64,000 nucleotides of DNA from Treponemataceae bacterium. GTDB lineage: Bacteria > Spirochaetota > Spirochaetia > Treponematales > Rectinemataceae. The stretch lies in assembly GCA_963667725.2 (NCBI GenBank), contig CAXXHO010000003.1, forward strand, positions 2,080,001-2,144,000, given 5' to 3'. Position numbers and translations under genes: made by a program. The notes below the pieces were generated by a model. The model ran no database searches and was not told where the DNA came from. It worked only from the letters and a program-made list of their open reading frames with translations. Shown piece after piece: positions 52,742 through 62,168 of the stretch. The number at the start of each line of letters is the position of its first letter. Position 1 is the stretch's first letter.

Positions 52742-53569
52742 ATGGACGAACCGACACGAGTAAAAAGCCTCCGGCAAAGCATAACGAAAACTATCGTCGC
52801 TTACTTCATCACCCAGTGCGCGGTCTTCTGCGCCTTCGCCCTTCCGGGCGGATTTTTTACGGAATTCTGGCGTCAATTCCTCATCACGAGCGGAGGATTC
52901 CATGTTTTCCTGTACTTTCTCCTCAACAGATTCAGGGACGACTTCCGCAAGGAAGCCTCGCGGGAAAAACTTTCATCCATAAACCTCGCCAATAGGATAA
53001 CGCTGATACGCGTAAGCACCCTGCCCACCCTACTTTATCTGGTCATCGCCGCGAAACACTACCGGATCCGATATCCGCTTCTCATCCTCGTCGTCTTCAT
53101 CTTCATAACCGATTTTCTTGATGGATACGTTTCACGCAAGGCGAACGAGGTGACGAAGGCAGGACGGATGATGGATTCGGCCAGCGACTACTGCCTCTTA
53201 ATTGTCCTTACCCTCATTTTTCGTTATTATAGACTGATACCAATATGGTTCCTGATACTCGTGCTGGCGAGACTCGGCGTTCAGGTGCTGCTGGTGACGA
53301 TACTGATCATCATCAGGCAGAAAATCGAGCCGAAGACGACCTTCATGGGCAAGGTCGCGGTCGCTTCCATCATGGTCGTCTACAGCTTCGAGGTTCTCGG
53401 CCTGATTGCCGGCGAGCTTCCGCTGGCAATCAAGAATACCATCGAGTGGATCGTGGCCGCGCTGGTTATGGTGAGTATCGGCGATAAGATAATCAGCTTC
53501 GTTTCCACATTGAAGGAAGCGAGGCTTGAACGGAGGATTCCTGATGGCAATGATAAAGAGCGCCCTTGA
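52742..53569 (+). CDS. CDP-alcohol phosphatidyltransferase family protein
   Basis: LANRITLIR, TDFLDGYVSRKANEVTKAGRMMDSASD. Confidence 0.88.
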   Translation: MDEPTRVKSLRQSITKTIVAYFITQCAVFCAFALPGGFFTEFWRQFLITSGGFHVFLYFLLNRFRDDFRKEASREKLSSINLANRITLIRVSTLPTLLYLVIAAKHYRIRYPLLILVVFIFITDFLDGYVSRKANEVTKAGRMMDSASDYCLLIVLTLIFRYYRLIPIWFLILVLARLGVQVLLVTILIIIRQKIEPKTTFMGKVAVASIMVVYSFEVLGLIAGELPLAIKNTIEWIVAALVMVSIGDKIISFVSTLKEARLERRIPDGNDKERP

Positions 53570-54191
53570 GCTCGCGCTCGAGCGAACGAAAAACCTGGAA
53601 GTGGACGAAGTCGCCATAGAAGCGCATAGGATAAAGACGGAAGGCCGGAGGGCGGCGGGGAAATTCCTCGACGATCCCGAGAATACTGACCTGCGGAAAG
53701 CCATACAGGGCATAGACAACCAGAACCGCGAAGCGTTCAGGAGATCTATCTTCGACGTCCTAATCGCGCAGATCCAGCTTCCCGGCTCCTACTTCGACGC
53801 CGAAAAACTTACCCTCGTCGGCGCGGGACTCGCCGCGCTCGCGGCCGCCGCCCCCGTCAAGGGAGGCATTGCCGGCGCCGTAGCGGAGAAGAAGATCATA
53901 TCGATGGTTCAGCAGATCGCTTCCTTCATCGCAAAGTACCAGGAGGAAGTGAAGCGCGTGGAGCAGGCGATACGCAGCCAATGGGCGCCGAAGCTGAAGG
54001 AAAAGGAAAGGCAGATGGCCGCGCGGATGGGTCAGGATATTCGCCTCGACCCCATGGCCGACCCTGAATTCGCTGCCTTCTATAAACAGAATGTCGAAAA
54101 CCTCAAGGCAAATTACAGCGACGCGCTGGAGAGGGCGAAGGGCGAACTGGCGGCCCTCAGCGGCATGGCAGAGCCGGAAAGCAACCAATAA
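53544..54191 (+). CDS. Conserved hypothetical helical protein (DUF6657-like)
   Basis: GGAGG SD; MAMIKSALELALERTK N-terminus and DPMADPEF C-terminus. Confidence 0.7.
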   Translation: MAMIKSALELALERTKNLEVDEVAIEAHRIKTEGRRAAGKFLDDPENTDLRKAIQGIDNQNREAFRRSIFDVLIAQIQLPGSYFDAEKLTLVGAGLAALAAAAPVKGGIAGAVAEKKIISMVQQIASFIAKYQEEVKRVEQAIRSQWAPKLKEKERQMAARMGQDIRLDPMADPEFAAFYKQNVENLKANYSDALERAKGELAALSGMAEPESNQ

Positions 54192-54262
54192 ATAATCGGG
54201 CTTTAAATTTTATCGCGTATGGCGCTGGGCGGCTATAGTTCTTCATTGGGAGCCCCGGGTGG

Positions 54263-56155
54263 CTATCGATCCTCGCCGGGCGCGGCTCCGCGCAGCAGCG
54301 CGACATAGAGTAGCGCCGAATCGGATTTGCGGACACCTGGCACCCGCGAAGCCTGACCAAGGGTGAGGGGCTGGACGGCTTCCAGTTTTTCGATCGACTC
54401 GCTGGACAATCCAAGGACACTCCGATAGCTGAAGCCCTGCGGGATTCTCAGACGATCGGAGCGGTCTACTCTGGCCGCTAGGCGTTCTTCCTTCTCAAGA
54501 TAGCCCTTATAGCGCACATCGAGGGTGGCCGTCTGAATCCATGATTCGGGGTACGCGGCGCTCTCCGGGATGAGCGGAACGAGAAAGGACTTGTTGTCGA
54601 TCCGCGCGTCCGCCAGAGCGCCGATGCGCGGATCCCTGAGGGCGGTGGCGAGCGATTCCCCGACATGGGGTAAAAAATCCTGATTGTCGCGCGCGTCGGC
54701 TGGCGCGATCTTCCTTCCGCTTAAAAGCGCTGAAAACTCATCGATGCCTTGGCGTCTTTTCTCGAAGATTTCCCGGCGTTCTTCATCGACCAATCCCATC
54801 TCCATCGCCATCGGCGTCAGCCGCAAGTCCGCGGAGTCCTGCCGCAGCGCCAGCCTTCGTTCGGCCCTGCTTGTGAACATTCGGTAAGGCTCTTTGGGCG
54901 AGAGGGTGACGATATCGTCGATGAGGACGCCGATGTACGCCTGATCGCGGCCGAGGATGAGGGCATCGGCTCCATCCAGGTATCGGCGGGCGTTGATGCC
55001 GGCCATGAGCCCCTGGGCGGCTGCCTCCTCGTACCCCGAGGTGCCATTCGTCTGGCCGGCTATAAAAAGCCCGGCGACCAGCCTGGATTCGAGGGAAGCA
55101 TAAAGCGCCGAGGGCGCGAGATAATCGTATTCGACGGCATAGGCGGGCCTTACTATCTCGGCCTTCTCGAAACCGGGAAGGCTTCGGTAGAAAGCCGCCT
55201 GCACGTCCTCGGGCAGGGAGCTGGATAGCCCATTGAGGTAGACTTCGTCGGTGTATTCCCCCTCGGGCTCGACGAACACCTGATGGCGCTCGCGGTCGGG
55301 AAAGCGCACGACCTTATCCTCTATAGAAGGACAATACCGAGGCCCCTTGCCGACGATCGCGCCTGAATAAAGCGGGGAGCGGTCCAGCCCGGCGCGTATG
55401 ATTTCATGGGTCGCCGCGCTGGTCCAGACAATATGGCAGGGCAGGTCCGGTCGGCCATAGTCCTTCTCCAGGAACGAAAAGTAGAGCGGCTTGCCCTCGC
55501 CGTACTGCGCTTCCAGCCGGGACATATCGATGCTGGAGGCCTTGATGCGCGCCGGCGTGCCCGTCTTCATCCTTCCGACGGGGAATCCCCTAGCGCGGAG
55601 AGCGTCGCCCAAACCTACGGCCGCGGGTTCACCGAGCCTGCCGCCAGGTCCCGTCCACTCGCCTATAAAAAGCCTGGCTTCCATGAAGGTTCCCGTGGTC
55701 ATGACCACGGTTTTCGCGCCGATTTTCCTGCCCCGTCCGGTGAGTACGCCTTCGATTTTCTTTCCTGATGAATCGGTGAGGATATCCACGACCGTGTCCA
55801 TGAAAATGGAGAGCCGAGGCTGGTTTTCCAGCGCTTTGCGGGCGAGAGCCGAATAGAGGGCTTTATCGGACTGGGCGCGCGGCGCCTGCACGGCCTGGCC
55901 CCGGGACTGATTCAGCATCCTCATCTGTATGGCCGTCTGATCGGCGAGGATGCCCATCTGGCCGCCCAGGGCGTCGATCTCGCGGACGAGATTCCCCTTC
56001 GCGAGGCCGCCTATGGCAGGATTGCATGACATTTTCCCGATGGTGTCGGGATTCTGCGTAACGAGAACCGTCCGCGTGCCCATCCGGGCGAGAGCGAGCG
56101 CCGCCTCGATTCCGGCATGCCCGCCTCCGATCACTATCGCTTCGAAATCGCTCAC
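54263..56155 (-). CDS. mnmG: tRNA uridine 5-carboxymethylaminomethyl modification enzyme MnmG
   Basis: IGGGHAG, MSCNPAIGG, KTGTPAR, GPRYCPSIEDK, GQTNGTSGYEEAAAQG, EPYRMFTSRAE. Confidence 0.98.
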   Translation of the reverse strand: MSDFEAIVIGGGHAGIEAALALARMGTRTVLVTQNPDTIGKMSCNPAIGGLAKGNLVREIDALGGQMGILADQTAIQMRMLNQSRGQAVQAPRAQSDKALYSALARKALENQPRLSIFMDTVVDILTDSSGKKIEGVLTGRGRKIGAKTVVMTTGTFMEARLFIGEWTGPGGRLGEPAAVGLGDALRARGFPVGRMKTGTPARIKASSIDMSRLEAQYGEGKPLYFSFLEKDYGRPDLPCHIVWTSAATHEIIRAGLDRSPLYSGAIVGKGPRYCPSIEDKVVRFPDRERHQVFVEPEGEYTDEVYLNGLSSSLPEDVQAAFYRSLPGFEKAEIVRPAYAVEYDYLAPSALYASLESRLVAGLFIAGQTNGTSGYEEAAAQGLMAGINARRYLDGADALILGRDQAYIGVLIDDIVTLSPKEPYRMFTSRAERRLALRQDSADLRLTPMAMEMGLVDEERREIFEKRRQGIDEFSALLSGRKIAPADARDNQDFLPHVGESLATALRDPRIGALADARIDNKSFLVPLIPESAAYPESWIQTATLDVRYKGYLEKEERLAARVDRSDRLRIPQGFSYRSVLGLSSESIEKLEAVQPLTLGQASRVPGVRKSDSALLYVALLRGAAPGEDR

Positions 56156-56189
56156 ATTCTCCCCTCTCGAACCTTGCCGCGCGACCTAA

Positions 56190-57638
56190 TTACTTGCCAA
56201 GACAGAATGAGCCGAATATCCGGTCGAATACTTCCTCGCCGGCGATTTCGCCCGTGATTTCGCCCAGAAAATCCGCCGCTTCCCTGATCTCGAGGGCCGT
56301 GCCGTCGAGCGGCGCGCCGGCCTTGGCGCCCTCTTCGGCCCTGCCGATCGATTCAAGACAGCGGTCTATGAGACCTTTCTGCCGGGCGCTGGCGACGCGA
56401 ATCGACGACTCACGGGAACCTGAGGCCCCCTCCGTCCGCGATGAAGCGGTAAGGAGGCTTTCGATAGCCGCCTCCAGCCGATCCAGGTGATCGCCCTTCT
56501 TGGCGCTCAAACCCAGCCATCCCGGAGGAACCGGCAGGCAATCGGAAGCGTCCAGCTTATTCCATAATCTAAGGGCGTCCGGATGGAGGGCGATGAAATC
56601 CTCGTCCTCCGGCGTTAGTCCGGCTCTCCCGTCCACGAGATAGACAATGATGTCGGCCTTTCCGCTCAAATCGAGGCTTCGGCGGACGCCTTCGGCTTCG
56701 ATGCCTTCCTCGGCGAGGCGGAGGCCGGCCGTATCCACGAAGCGGACGGCATAGCCGCCCACTTCTATCCAGGCTTCCAGCCAGTCGCGCGTCGTTCCGG
56801 GTTCCGGGCTGACGATGGCGCGCTCCTCCCTCACTACCAGGTTGAAAAGGCTGGATTTGCCGGCGTTGGGCCGGCCGGCTACCACCACCAGCGCGCCTTC
56901 CTGCCTCAACCTTCCTCCTATATAGCTTCGCGACAACGCGACGAGGCGCTGTTCGCAGGCCGAGAGCCTTGCCATCCAGGGGAGGGTTTCTTCATCGAGG
57001 GCATCGAGGCTCTCAAGGCCCTCGGGGTCTTTGAGGCCTTTTCGGCCTTTGCTATCTTCGTCGGCGCCCTCTTCGGCGGGATAGTCAAGGTGGGCCTCAA
57101 CGACGGCCAAGAGGTCCAGCATTTCGTTGCGCAGCGCCGAAAACTCTTTGGAAAGGACGCCGCTCAGGCGCAGGAGGGCATCTTCCCTGGCGGATTCGCA
57201 TTGCGCTCCCGCCAGCTCGTTGATCGCTTCGGCCTTGACGAGGTCGGTCTTGCCGTTGATGAAGGCCCGGAAGCTGAATTCCCCGGGCAGGGCGGGAGCG
57301 AAGCCTGCCTTCTCCAGCGCGGCGAGCGCGCGGCTCGTTACCGCCGCCGACCCATGGCAGGAAATTTCCACGGAGTCTTCGCCCGTGAAGGACCGGGGAG
57401 CCCGGAAGACGGCGGCCACGACTTCGTCGACGCGCTCGCCGCTGCCGGGGTCGATCAGGAAACCATGGCGCATCGAGTAGCCGGGCGCAGACTCAAGATC
57501 CTGACCCGCGGAAAAGCACCGGGCGCAGAGTTCGATAGCCTTCGCTCCGGAAGCGCGGATGACGGCCAGGGCCGAGCGCCCCGGCGGCGTAGCGAGGGCG
57601 ACTATCGGACGCCCCGTATCAAGGTATGTTCTTGCCAT
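56190..57638 (-). CDS. mnmE: tRNA modification GTPase MnmE
   Basis: PRSFTGED, GEFSFRAFINGK, GRPNAGKSS, GTTRD, DTAG, NKLD, FCLGK. Confidence 0.97.
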   Translation of the reverse strand: MARTYLDTGRPIVALATPPGRSALAVIRASGAKAIELCARCFSAGQDLESAPGYSMRHGFLIDPGSGERVDEVVAAVFRAPRSFTGEDSVEISCHGSAAVTSRALAALEKAGFAPALPGEFSFRAFINGKTDLVKAEAINELAGAQCESAREDALLRLSGVLSKEFSALRNEMLDLLAVVEAHLDYPAEEGADEDSKGRKGLKDPEGLESLDALDEETLPWMARLSACEQRLVALSRSYIGGRLRQEGALVVVAGRPNAGKSSLFNLVVREERAIVSPEPGTTRDWLEAWIEVGGYAVRFVDTAGLRLAEEGIEAEGVRRSLDLSGKADIIVYLVDGRAGLTPEDEDFIALHPDALRLWNKLDASDCLPVPPGWLGLSAKKGDHLDRLEAAIESLLTASSRTEGASGSRESSIRVASARQKGLIDRCLESIGRAEEGAKAGAPLDGTALEIREAADFLGEITGEIAGEEVFDRIFGSFCLGK

Positions 57639-57707
57639 ATGAGAAAAAGAACGATAGCGAGAATGGGAGGCCGCATCAAGCCCGCTCGCGCCCCGCCATC
57701 CATAATT

Positions 57708-58493
57708 CTACATCGATTTCCAGAAGCGGTAGAACTTGCGCTCCACCTCATCCAGGTTGAGCAGGGGATAGTATCTGTATTTGCCTTCGCCAGCGAACAT
57801 GAAGCCGTCCTTGAGCACCTTGTACGAGATTCTGTCGATGGGGCAGTCGAGGGATAAGCCCTTCACGAATTTCCCCGGCGTGGTCCGCACTTCCTGCACG
57901 GCGCTGTGGAGCCTGGCCGGATGAATCCCCGGAACAAAGCCCCTGATAAGCGGATTTTCCTCATAATCCCTCATGAAGTCCTCAGTGTTGAATTCCAGCT
58001 GGGCGAAGAACATCTTGGGCGCCCCCTTGGAATTGTGGGGATCGGTGATGAAGCGTCCGAATTCGCGAAAATCATATTTGGTGAGCACGATGAATTTGAC
58101 GGGATTGATCTCCAGCATGATGCGGAACTCTTCGGGATCGTTCTCGGGGTTGAATTCAGCGCTTTTCAGCTCGACGTAATCCCCCATCGAATTGCAGAGA
58201 TAGAGACTGCCGAGGGCATCGAAATCCAAGTGCTCGAGGACACGGTAGCTTTTGATGAACTTCGTGGCCTTGGGTCTTCCGTCCTCATGGGGGATTAGCT
58301 CGGCGTAAGCTCCGTCGATATCGAAATAAGCGTTCCTGAAAGCGGGATCGACTTCGACGAAAATGAGCCTTCCCTCGAAATAGCGCGTCGACCCCTGAAC
58401 ATAGTGCCGTATGAAATGCTCTGGATCCATCTGCGAGGCGATGAGGGAATGATTGGGATGCAGGATCAGGTATAGATGCTTGTCGTCGGACAT
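57708..58493 (-). CDS. Hypothetical protein (261 aa)
   Basis: GGAGG SD before ATG 58493; coding-like composition; no motif recognised. Confidence 0.8.
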   Translation of the reverse strand: MSDDKHLYLILHPNHSLIASQMDPEHFIRHYVQGSTRYFEGRLIFVEVDPAFRNAYFDIDGAYAELIPHEDGRPKATKFIKSYRVLEHLDFDALGSLYLCNSMGDYVELKSAEFNPENDPEEFRIMLEINPVKFIVLTKYDFREFGRFITDPHNSKGAPKMFFAQLEFNTEDFMRDYEENPLIRGFVPGIHPARLHSAVQEVRTTPGKFVKGLSLDCPIDRISYKVLKDGFMFAGEGKYRYYPLLNLDEVERKFYRFWKSM

Positions 58494-58562
58494 GTTTACC
58501 TCCAGATTACGTGCCATAAAGATCGCCGTCGGAGCTTTCCGGGAATTATTTCCGGAAATTTC

Positions 58563-58596
58563 CGCATAATCATTGCATAATACGTATAATTATTCA
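58563..58596. promoter_or_regulatory. Putative tandem ARG boxes (ArgR operator)
   Basis: CGCATAATCATTGC and CGTATAATTATTCA, 20 bp apart, resembling TGAATWWWWATTCA, just upstream of TTGACA at 58605. Confidence 0.55.
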
Positions 58597-58660
58597 CTAC
58601 CCAGTTGACATACTTTCTCATTTATATTTTATTACTTCTATTCCATTCTGGGAGGAGCAT

Positions 58661-58750
58661 ATGAAACGCTCTTATCCTGTCTACCTTCCAACACTTCTCA
58701 CTTTCGGGTTTGAGCCGCGCACACCGCGACTCTACTCCGTTCGTAGGTAA
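58661..58750 (+). CDS. Putative leader peptide of the arg operon (MKRSYPVYLPTLLTFGFEPRTPRLYSVRR)
   Basis: GGGAGGAG SD, ATG, 29 codons, ends CGT AGG TAA; lies between promoter and argC. Confidence 0.7.
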   Translation: MKRSYPVYLPTLLTFGFEPRTPRLYSVRR

Positions 58751-58882
58751 GGCGTCGACCGCCACCTCCCACAACCACAGACATTATTAGCTCGACCTTC
58801 ATTTTTTTGAGGGTTATTATCCATAGTGAAAGCCTGGGGGTATTGTTCCCTCGGGAGTTCAGCCCCATCCAGGAGGATTTGG

Positions 58883-59941
58883 ATGATTCAGATAGGCATT
58901 CTTGGCGCTTCCGGCTATGCCGGGGCGGAACTGGCCAGGATACTGCTCGCCCACCCGGAACCCAAGCAGCTCCACCTCTCCTCCGTCAGTTTCGAAGGCA
59001 AGGCGCTCAGTTCAGTGTATCCCTCTTTCAACAGTCCCGATCAAACGGGCTATGGCAATCCGCCGATGATGCTCGAAAGCGCCGAGACAGTGATTGAAGC
59101 CTCCGACATTCTCTTTTCCTGCCTGCCCCACGGCTTCGCCGAGTCAGCGGCCGAACGATGCCTGGCTAAAGGCGGACTTTTCATCGACATTTCGGCCGAC
59201 TTTCGTTTTGGCGATGACGAAGCCACCTATACAGCGTGGTACGGAAAGAGCTACGCGCGGCCGGAGCTCCACGCCAAGGCTGTCTACGGGCTGCCCGAAC
59301 TCAACAGGGAAAAAATCCGCAAGGCACGCCTCATAGGCAATCCCGGATGCTATCCCACCACGGCCGAACTCGGCCTCTATCCGGCGCTCTCGGCCGGGAT
59401 CGCGGACTCGGGCAGCATCATCATAGATTCGGCATCGGGCCTCACCGGGGCAGGCCGCGAACCTAGCCAGACGACGCACTATGTCGATTGCGTCGACGCG
59501 ATTTCTCCCTATAAGGTGGGCGCCCATCGGCATCAGCCCGAAATTGACCGTTATCTTTCGATTATGGCCGGCGAGGCGGTTTCCTCCGTCTTCACCCCCC
59601 ATCTGGCGCCCATGAACAGGGGCATCGTCAGCACGATCTATTTCAGCCTGAAAAAAGCCATGGACGCGAAGGGCCTGCGCGATCTCTACGCGTCGTTCTA
59701 CTCGAAGGAACCTTTCGTACGGGTGCTCGCCCTTGGCGCGACCGCCAGCAACAGGAACGTGAAACTCTCGAACTATTGCGACATTTCCGTCCATCTCTCC
59801 TCGAACGGCAGGACGGGAATCGTCGTTTCGACGATCGACAATATGGTGAAGGGCGCGGCTGGCCAAGCCGTGCAGAACATGAATCTCGCCCTCGGTTTCG
59901 AAGAGACCGCAGGGCTCAGGATGGTTCCTCCGGCTTTCTAG
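58883..59941 (+). CDS. argC: N-acetyl-gamma-glutamyl-phosphate reductase
   Basis: GASGYAG, CLPHG, DISADFR, YGLPE, NPGCYPT, HRHQPEI, DNMVKGAAGQAVQNMN. Confidence 0.97.
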   Translation: MIQIGILGASGYAGAELARILLAHPEPKQLHLSSVSFEGKALSSVYPSFNSPDQTGYGNPPMMLESAETVIEASDILFSCLPHGFAESAAERCLAKGGLFIDISADFRFGDDEATYTAWYGKSYARPELHAKAVYGLPELNREKIRKARLIGNPGCYPTTAELGLYPALSAGIADSGSIIIDSASGLTGAGREPSQTTHYVDCVDAISPYKVGAHRHQPEIDRYLSIMAGEAVSSVFTPHLAPMNRGIVSTIYFSLKKAMDAKGLRDLYASFYSKEPFVRVLALGATASNRNVKLSNYCDISVHLSSNGRTGIVVSTIDNMVKGAAGQAVQNMNLALGFEETAGLRMVPPAF

Positions 59942-60003
59942 GGCGGCGGAATTAAAATGATGTTTCTGCCGCGCCGGCGCGCGGCATAAAAGCGAGGTTG
60001 AGC

Positions 60004-61221
60004 ATGATACAAATTCGCGGCGGTGTTACCGCGGCTAAGGGTTTTACGGCATCCGGTGTCCATGTAGGCATCCGGAAAAACAAGGAAAAGAAAGATCTGG
60101 CTTTGGTCTGGTCTGAAAAGCCCTGCAGCGCCGCTGCGGCGTACACGACGAACCAGGTGAAGGGCCAGCCCCTCCTCGTCACGATGGAGCATCTCGCGGA
60201 CGGCAAGGCCCAGGCCATCATCGTCAATTCCGGCAACGCGAACACCTGCACCGGCGACGCGGGCATCGCCGCGGCGAAGCGGATGGCGGTCCTCGTGGCC
60301 GAACGCCTCCCTGTTTCGGCCAGCGACGTGGTTGTCGCCTCCACGGGCGTGATCGGCCAGCAGCTGGACGTGGGCATTATCGAAGCCGGAATGGAACAGC
60401 TGGTGGCGGGGCTTTCCAAGACAGGCAACATAGACGCGCGCGAAGCCATCATGACCACCGATACGGTTAAGAAGGAATTGGCCGTCCAGTTCGAGATCGG
60501 CGAGCAGACGGTGACGATAGGCGCCATGGCCAAGGGTTCGGGGATGATCCACCCCAACATGGCGACGATGCTTTCTTTCATAACGACGGACTGCGCCATC
60601 AGCCCGGCCATGCTCCAGAAAGCGATCTCCCTTTCCGTCACGAAGACTTACAACCGCGTAAGCGTGGACGGCGACACCTCGACCAATGACATGGTGGTCG
60701 TCCTGGCCAATGGAATGGCCGGCAACGCCTTCATCGAAACGGAAGGCGCCGATTACCGATCTTTCTACGAAGGCCTCAACTGGCTCAACACCCAGCTCGC
60801 GCGCATGATAGCCCGCGACGGCGAGGGCGCCACGAAGCTCATCGAGTGCACCATCGAGAGCGCCGCGGACGAAGCCAAGGCCGAAGAGCTCGCGAAGGGC
60901 GTCATCTGCTCCAGCCTCGTCAAGACGGCCATCTTCGGCGCCGACGCGAACTGGGGAAGAATTCTCTGCGCACTGGGCTATACGCGCAAGGATTTCGACC
61001 CCAACAAGGTAGACATCGCCTTCGAGAGCGCTTCGGGCTACATCGAGGTGTGCAAGAACGGCGCGCCCCTTCCCTTCAACGAGGAAAAGGCCAAGAAAAT
61101 CCTCAGCTACCAGGAAGTGACCATCTATGTCACGATGAATGAGGGCGAGGCGCAGGCCACGGCCTGGGGTTGCGACCTCACCTATGAATATGTGAGGATA
61201 AACGGAGACTACCGGACCTGA
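60004..61221 (+). CDS. argJ: Ornithine acetyltransferase / N-acetylglutamate synthase
   Basis: NSGNANTCTG, STGVIG, IMTTDT, KGSGMIHPNMATML, DGDTSTND, DGEGATK. Confidence 0.97.
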   Translation: MIQIRGGVTAAKGFTASGVHVGIRKNKEKKDLALVWSEKPCSAAAAYTTNQVKGQPLLVTMEHLADGKAQAIIVNSGNANTCTGDAGIAAAKRMAVLVAERLPVSASDVVVASTGVIGQQLDVGIIEAGMEQLVAGLSKTGNIDAREAIMTTDTVKKELAVQFEIGEQTVTIGAMAKGSGMIHPNMATMLSFITTDCAISPAMLQKAISLSVTKTYNRVSVDGDTSTNDMVVVLANGMAGNAFIETEGADYRSFYEGLNWLNTQLARMIARDGEGATKLIECTIESAADEAKAEELAKGVICSSLVKTAIFGADANWGRILCALGYTRKDFDPNKVDIAFESASGYIEVCKNGAPLPFNEEKAKKILSYQEVTIYVTMNEGEAQATAWGCDLTYEYVRINGDYRT

Positions 61222-61304
61222 TCCGGAATTAGCCGCAAGTCGGCTATTAACGGTCAGCGGGCAACAGTCAGCGAAAGAACACCCAGGAAAGGGGGAGTGC
61301 GTAT

Positions 61305-62168
61305 ATGATCAACGATAATGTCAGGGTCGATATTCTGATCCAGGCGATGCCCTATTTCAAATCCTTCGCGGGAAAGATTGTCGTCGTGAAGTATGGCGGC
61401 GCCGCGATGATCAACGAGGGCGTCCGCGCGGCCGTCCTCCAGGATCTCATCCTCATGCAGCAGGTCGGCATAAAGCCGGTGCTCGTCCACGGGGGCGGAC
61501 CGGAGATCGACCGCATGCTTAAGAAACTCGGCAAGGAAAGAGTCTTCATCGATGGAATCCGCTATACCGACGATGAAACCATGGAGATCGTCCAGATGGT
61601 CCTGGCCGGCAAGGTGAACAAGGACCTTGTTGCCCACATCGAGCGCCAGGGCGGCTCCGCGATAGGCATCTGCGGCGGCGACGGAGGGCTTTTCCGCGCT
61701 AATCGCCTGCAGAAGAACGGCGTGGACCTCGGCATGGTCGGCGAAATCTCCTCGGTGCGGCCGGACATCGTCCGCCACGCGCTGGACGCGGGGTACATCC
61801 CCGTCGTATCCACCATCGCGCTCAGGCCGAACGACGAAACCGGCTACTACAACATCAACGCCGACACGGCCGCCGCCGAACTCGCCGGCGCCCTCGGCGC
61901 CGAAAAACTCATTCTTCTCACCGACGTGCCCGGCCTCCTGAAGGACGTGGCCGACATGGCCACCCTCATCTCCGTGCTCAAGCGCGAGGACGTTCCCGCC
62001 CTCATAGCGCAGAAGATAGTATCAGGCGGCATGATTCCCAAGGTGGAATGCTGCGTGCAGGCTCTTTCACTGGGTGTCAAAACGACACATATTCTGGACG
62101 GCCGGTCGCCGCACTCGCTCCTCATCGAGCTCTTCAGCGACAGAGGCATGGGGACGATGATCGTATGA
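61305..62168 (+). CDS. argB: Acetylglutamate kinase
   Basis: VVKYGGAAM, VHGGGPEI, NINADTAA, LTDVPG, GGMIPKV. Confidence 0.97.
   Translation: MINDNVRVDILIQAMPYFKSFAGKIVVVKYGGAAMINEGVRAAVLQDLILMQQVGIKPVLVHGGGPEIDRMLKKLGKERVFIDGIRYTDDETMEIVQMVLAGKVNKDLVAHIERQGGSAIGICGGDGGLFRANRLQKNGVDLGMVGEISSVRPDIVRHALDAGYIPVVSTIALRPNDETGYYNINADTAAAELAGALGAEKLILLTDVPGLLKDVADMATLISVLKREDVPALIAQKIVSGGMIPKVECCVQALSLGVKTTHILDGRSPHSLLIELFSDRGMGTMIV

Noticed and set aside
56990..57070. Acidic low-complexity insertion in MnmE
   Set aside because: Lies in a variable loop of the helical domain; frame and motifs are intact
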